Source: a virus (Duplodnaviria > Caudoviricetes). Taken from it: a stretch of 55,124 nucleotides of DNA. A program made the position numbers and the translations under genes. The stretch is taken from the IMG/VR virus record IMGVR_UViG_3300021138_000034, positions 1 through 55,124 of that record; one strand, written 5' to 3'. Positions 51,053 to 55,124 of the stretch are shown in pieces; the stretch's first letter is position 1, and every line of letters starts with the position of its first letter. A model generated the notes under the pieces. It saw only the letters and a program-made list of their open reading frames with translations, searched no databases and was not told where the DNA came from.

Positions 51053-51747
51053 TTCTTCTTGGAATCCTTGATCTCTAGGACTACCTCTTCGGCAATCAGG
51101 ACTACCTCTTCGGCAATCTTTCGAGCAATCTTGTAGATGACTGAGAATAGCTCTTCCATGAGCTCCTCGTCCTCGTCGTCCATGAAGTCGCCCTCGTCGT
51201 CATCCTCGTCTTCGTACTCCTCATCGTCCTCTTCAGACCCCTCTAAAACGGGCTGTGAGGCTTCTGGAGCCATTTTCTCGGCTTCAGGGATGGCGGGACT
51301 AGGGACTGGGGTAATGACAGCCACAGGGTCAATTGGGAACAGACCTTGGCATAGGTCAAAGGCAGCCACCCCGTTAGCTTGGGCAATCTGGAGCCAAATG
51401 TTGCACAGGGGGTCTTCATCGTCGTAGAGCATGAAAACCTTTGAAGGCGTCTTGGTCATCATCTCGCCAGCCAACTGGGTAGCGGGTCCATCGATGTAAC
51501 TAACGCTTGCTGAGGCAAACTGGCCTACGTCGCTCTCTCGGTCTGTTACCACGATCGAGTCCACTTGGTTCTTGTTCCCATACTGGTGGGCAATTACCTG
51601 TCCCGGGGACGGCTTGGTGTTAAAAGGGAGTACAAGGCTAAGCGTTTTCTTGTGACGCTTCGAGCTTGCAAAGTAGTCTTCTAGAACAGCTTGAATGTTT
51701 AGGGATGTAGAAACGCCGTTACCGACGATAAAGATTAATTCATCCAT
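51049..51747 (-). CDS. Hypothetical protein with acidic linker
   Basis: ORF track; GGAGG RBS; 21-nt tandem duplication at 51077-51118. Confidence 0.75.
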   Translation of the reverse strand: MDELIFIVGNGVSTSLNIQAVLEDYFASSKRHKKTLSLVLPFNTKPSPGQVIAHQYGNKNQVDSIVVTDRESDVGQFASASVSYIDGPATQLAGEMMTKTPSKVFMLYDDEDPLCNIWLQIAQANGVAAFDLCQGLFPIDPVAVITPVPSPAIPEAEKMAPEASQPVLEGSEEDDEEYEDEDDDEGDFMDDEDEELMEELFSVIYKIARKIAEEVVLIAEEVVLEIKDSKKK

Positions 51748-51781
51748 GATGCCTCCGATTCTGGTGGCATCCTACTGCAGA

Positions 51782-52039
51782 TTAGGAATCTCGCCTAATG
51801 GTTTGAACTATAGCGGCGCGGTAATTAGAAAACTTGTCCGCAAACTCAGTCATGAGCAGCCCTACAAACGCAGCAGCGGGAACTATGACAAGCAGGTCAA
51901 TCCAGTCAAAGTATCGCATTAGCGATAAACCGGACAATAACAGGGATATAGGCGCCTTCATTAGACGCAGATTGACGAACTGCAGGACTATAGCCATGAA
52001 GAACGCAATAAAACAACAGGCTACAAAAAAGTGAAACAT
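51782..52039 (-). CDS. Small multi-TM membrane protein, leaderless
   Basis: Hydrophobic segments; TAGTAT-N6-ATG. Confidence 0.7.
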   Translation of the reverse strand: MFHFFVACCFIAFFMAIVLQFVNLRLMKAPISLLLSGLSLMRYFDWIDLLVIVPAAAFVGLLMTEFADKFSNYRAAIVQTIRRDS

Positions 52040-52048
52040 GCGGAAATA

Positions 52049-54583
52049 CTACAACGTTCCTGGCTGAGCCACCAAGATCTGGAAAGAAGAACCGTTAGGC
52101 AAGTAATAAGGAAGCTCTTTGATTAGTCGTTGTTCAACAGCTTTTAAGTTTCTGTAGTAATGGCTTCGACTGTTACTTGCAGTTCCTTCCCAAAGTAAGT
52201 CTGTTGCCACACTAAAGCCTTCTCCACCGTCAAAGTAATTGTTGACCGCAGATGAGCGCTCAAACATAAAGTTATCTACCCATACTTTTTGCCCGGCTTC
52301 TGCATTTACCCAAGCAAAACGGCTTTTTGCATAAGCAGCTGTTGAAGGTGAGATGTATGAATTGTACCATTGTTCAAAGTTAGATACGAGCTCTTGGACA
52401 ATTACAGCGTTTACCGTAGGAAGTTGAGTGACCGGTGTTGTAGGAGCCGACACCAAGATTTCAATTACATAATCATCTGCATAAGTTACAGCGTAGGTCC
52501 CTGATACGTCAGAACCAGCCACCGATAATCCAGAAAGAACGATGTTATCCCCGACATCGATATCAAAAGTGTCAGTTCTTGCAAACAAAGACATACGACC
52601 GGCTGTAACCGAAAACGAACCGATGTCGTAATAGTCAGTTAAGTGCCGCGGATAGTTAAGGTCTGTATAGATAATGTTATGGTTTGAGTCGTACCAATCG
52701 ACTTCAAAACGACCAAACCAGTCACCTAAAACAGATCCTGTGTAACCCGTTCTTACATATCCGCTCATGGTGTACCAGTACCCAGGAAGCACTGGCATAA
52801 ACCCAGCTGTTGTTACAGTTACTGGGTATGAAGTAAAGGTTAAAGAAGCATTTATATTTGATGTAAGTGCTTTATCTAAAGTAACGACTCCAGTGTCGTA
52901 ATCAATTGAAAGCACTTCGGTTTCAGATTGAAGCCCTGTGCCAGATACGTCCATACCAATACAAAGAACTTGAAGAGCAACTACGTCAGTAACAGTTATT
53001 GTGTACCCATCTTTTGTTCCCACAGAAGCTGCGGTGTATGTTGAAAGAGTAGTTTCTGTGGCAGTAATAGCCAAAGATTCAGTTCCTCCAGTGGACGCAA
53101 TGTGGGTGTTATCTTGAGTAAATGTTCCATTAGTCACAACATAAGTTGCAGCAGTATTTACAAATGAAGGGTCTAGAATTTCGTTAATACGTTGAGCTAC
53201 CATAGTAATGTTAATCATTCTAGAATCTTCAAAAGTTGTAACTTGGCTGCCTTGTTCAAACTGTAAGGCGTCAAAATAATGATAATCCTGAGTGCTTCCG
53301 CCTGTAATTTCAATATAAGGGACCGCAAATACCGCGTTAGCTGGGGCAGTTACTGTGTTGTACACACGTGTTGGCCAAGGGTTTTGAGAACTCCAAACAG
53401 CGTTTGTTTGGCTAGATGATGAGGATCGGCTTATATATTTTCCGTACAAGGTGTACCAAATTACATACAGCTTGATTGTTCTGGATGTTGTTGCTGCAGC
53501 AGTCCAAGCAGAGAACGTATAAGCATCTCCGCCAATTACAGGAATTCCCTTTAATGTTGGAGTATCTGCTCCGCAAGCAAAAGCGGTTGTTCCAGTACCC
53601 GTAGTCTGAACTTCTAAAAATCCAGCAATTCGGTTTGGGTAGAGGGTAGGGGCGTTAGAAATTACATACGCGTTTTTAGTTGGCACTCTGGTGTTTAAGT
53701 ATGCGTCTAGGTATCCTGTAGTTGGGGACCATACGCCGGTGGTGGCGTTAAAGGTTCCCGCAGACCAATTTCCAATAGACTCTTCAAAAGAAGAATCGTT
53801 GTAGTCAAGGAATAGATTTTTACCCATTTTTATACTTTGGTCGTATTGAGAGTAAGACTTTAAAAAGTCAATAAGTCCGGCTACTGAGCCTTTGTCGCGC
53901 CCAATACGAGCAGCGTTTTTAATGTAAACGCGACCGGATTGAACCCCAAGTTCAGGTTCATACTTTGATCCGTATTGTTCCAAAATAGACGGAATCATTG
54001 GTGTAAATGCTTCAGAGCTACTTGTGGAGTTAGTTATAATTTGAGTGTAAGTTTTTACTCGGTCTAATTCAAAAGAAAGAACATCAAAAAAAGATTCAAG
54101 GTCTGAGTTTTGGTCTTGACGAGAAAGCGTGTTTAATGTGCTGCTCTTGTACACGCTTGGCACAAGGTTGTACATAAATTCAGAAGTTTTATAATCTTGT
54201 ACACAAAGCGAATATGCAGTGCCTGCTCGTTGCCAAGTTCCGTTTCCTAATTGAAGAAACACCGCATAATGGTAAAACAAAGAATTAGATAAACCAGAAT
54301 TATTTTGAGAGTCTTGTCCATAATCAATAAATGAATAAGACGATGCAGCGTATGGGGCTTGGTAAACAGCTACTCCGTCGTCGTAATTGACCGGAAAACC
54401 AAATGGGTTTCTAACTAGGGCTAATTGAGTCCACGAACCGGTAGGTTGGTTCCAAGTAATTTGAATTGTTCGGTATCCAAAGGGCACGGCAACAACAGGG
54501 CTGGCATCAAGATCGATGAATGTAATATTGGACGAGCCGTATAACGACCCGTCCCCATAAACGTTAGTACCGTATTTGGCCAT
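52049..54583 (-). CDS. Baseplate/tail protein with carbohydrate-binding-like modules (844 aa)
   Basis: LVP.VY...DL..F...F..D and KGS..G..D..K motifs of baseplate wedge proteins; repeated SFE/YT.S.W/TAP.NA/D...FE CBM-like units. Confidence 0.75.
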   Translation of the reverse strand: MAKYGTNVYGDGSLYGSSNITFIDLDASPVVAVPFGYRTIQITWNQPTGSWTQLALVRNPFGFPVNYDDGVAVYQAPYAASSYSFIDYGQDSQNNSGLSNSLFYHYAVFLQLGNGTWQRAGTAYSLCVQDYKTSEFMYNLVPSVYKSSTLNTLSRQDQNSDLESFFDVLSFELDRVKTYTQIITNSTSSSEAFTPMIPSILEQYGSKYEPELGVQSGRVYIKNAARIGRDKGSVAGLIDFLKSYSQYDQSIKMGKNLFLDYNDSSFEESIGNWSAGTFNATTGVWSPTTGYLDAYLNTRVPTKNAYVISNAPTLYPNRIAGFLEVQTTGTGTTAFACGADTPTLKGIPVIGGDAYTFSAWTAAATTSRTIKLYVIWYTLYGKYISRSSSSSQTNAVWSSQNPWPTRVYNTVTAPANAVFAVPYIEITGGSTQDYHYFDALQFEQGSQVTTFEDSRMINITMVAQRINEILDPSFVNTAATYVVTNGTFTQDNTHIASTGGTESLAITATETTLSTYTAASVGTKDGYTITVTDVVALQVLCIGMDVSGTGLQSETEVLSIDYDTGVVTLDKALTSNINASLTFTSYPVTVTTAGFMPVLPGYWYTMSGYVRTGYTGSVLGDWFGRFEVDWYDSNHNIIYTDLNYPRHLTDYYDIGSFSVTAGRMSLFARTDTFDIDVGDNIVLSGLSVAGSDVSGTYAVTYADDYVIEILVSAPTTPVTQLPTVNAVIVQELVSNFEQWYNSYISPSTAAYAKSRFAWVNAEAGQKVWVDNFMFERSSAVNNYFDGGEGFSVATDLLWEGTASNSRSHYYRNLKAVEQRLIKELPYYLPNGSSFQILVAQPGTL

Positions 54584-54586
54584 TTA

Positions 54587-55063
54587 TTAGCTCGCAAAAA
54601 TTCCAAGAACTTGGGCGTTGTTAATTTCTGGTGAAGAAAAGGCGCTGATGGTTAAGGCACCTGCTGGAGATATTGCTCCTACGGTATTGCCCAAAGCATC
54701 TTGAAAAGCCAAAAGCGACGCTGTTTGACCGGTTTGAGCTTTGATAGTAAAAGTCACCTTGGTCGGATCCGTATTAATAATAGTTTCGTTACCGTAACGC
54801 TTTAAATACTGAATATGGGTATCAGCCACAATTCCTTGCTCAATATTTGCAAGTCGCAAAGCTACGGTGTTAAAGGTGGATGCCGATGCTTGGAACACGC
54901 CCGATGGAGAGTTGTAGGTCGAAACATTTGGGGTTAGCCCAAGAATGCTCTCAATTGCTATCACTTCTTCTTGAAGTGAGTTGGGGTCAGCAGCGACTAC
55001 TGGGGTGACAAAGTCAACCTTTGTACTGAAAGACCTAACCGATGTTGGATAACTGGCTGCCAT
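54587..55063 (-). CDS. Structural/tail protein (158 aa)
   Basis: MAASYPTS...N.LQEEV.AIE..LG motif typical of tail proteins; AGGAG RBS. Confidence 0.75.
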   Translation of the reverse strand: MAASYPTSVRSFSTKVDFVTPVVAADPNSLQEEVIAIESILGLTPNVSTYNSPSGVFQASASTFNTVALRLANIEQGIVADTHIQYLKRYGNETIINTDPTKVTFTIKAQTGQTASLLAFQDALGNTVGAISPAGALTISAFSSPEINNAQVLGIFAS

Positions 55064-55072
55064 TTATTTCTC

Positions 55073-55124
55073 CTATCCTGCAATTCCAGTAGTGGTATCT
55101 ACTGTGACATTTATGGTGCCCGCT
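55073..55124 (-). CDS. 3' end of upstream structural gene (possibly baseplate J-like), partial
   Basis: ...AGTINVTVDTTTGIAG-stop. Confidence 0.4.
   Translation of the reverse strand, partial: AGTINVTVDTTTGIAG

Noticed and set aside
51077-51118. 21-nt tandem duplication (IAEEVVL twice)
   Set aside because: Simple in-frame slippage duplication with no sign of a wider repeat system.
1-55124. Stop-codon reassignment or suppressor tRNA
   Set aside because: Core genes are intact under the standard code and end in TAA, TAG and TGA; the TAG-anticodon tRNA is Leu (reads CUA), not a suppressor.

Overview
A 55 kb segment of a large, moderate-GC tailed phage that infects Actinobacteria. Host signals are WhiB, FmdB, DUF4192-like proteins, TCGAAC-N4-GTTCGA SOS boxes, AGAAAGG Shine-Dalgarno sites and many leaderless genes. 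The modest GC suggests a freshwater actinobacterial host, and baseplate-like genes suggest a myovirus (both inferred). The minus strand carries tail/baseplate genes, a replication-recombination block (initiator, DnaC-like loader, DnaB, primase, dNMP kinase, SNF2 helicase, SSB, PolA, RecA, two resolvase-like nucleases, WhiB, Cas4-like exonuclease), SpoVS, a metallophosphoesterase, a nucleotidyltransferase/HAD/TGT-like trio, class II RNR, a Dam-type methylase, many small basic proteins, a PA14-protein/holin/endolysin cassette, Hsp20 and 7 tRNAs with interspersed structured RNA candidates. The most striking part is a plus-strand island (about 15.95-25.56 kb) that starts with ardC. It is built as an array of small-gene cassettes separated by 8 copies of a modular 75-100 bp intergenic element. 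The full element has a covarying hairpin with a fixed C-rich 11-nt loop, an ATAAC-N6-GTTAT palindrome, a CGGCGTGTCG (GACAC) box and a downstream PafBC/RecA-NDp-type DNA-damage promoter. The island also holds four LexA boxes, a perfect parS site, a run of triloop palindromes and a promoter-driven small RNA whose loop mimics the actinobacterial 16S anti-Shine-Dalgarno tail. All family assignments come from motif recognition by eye; no searches were run.
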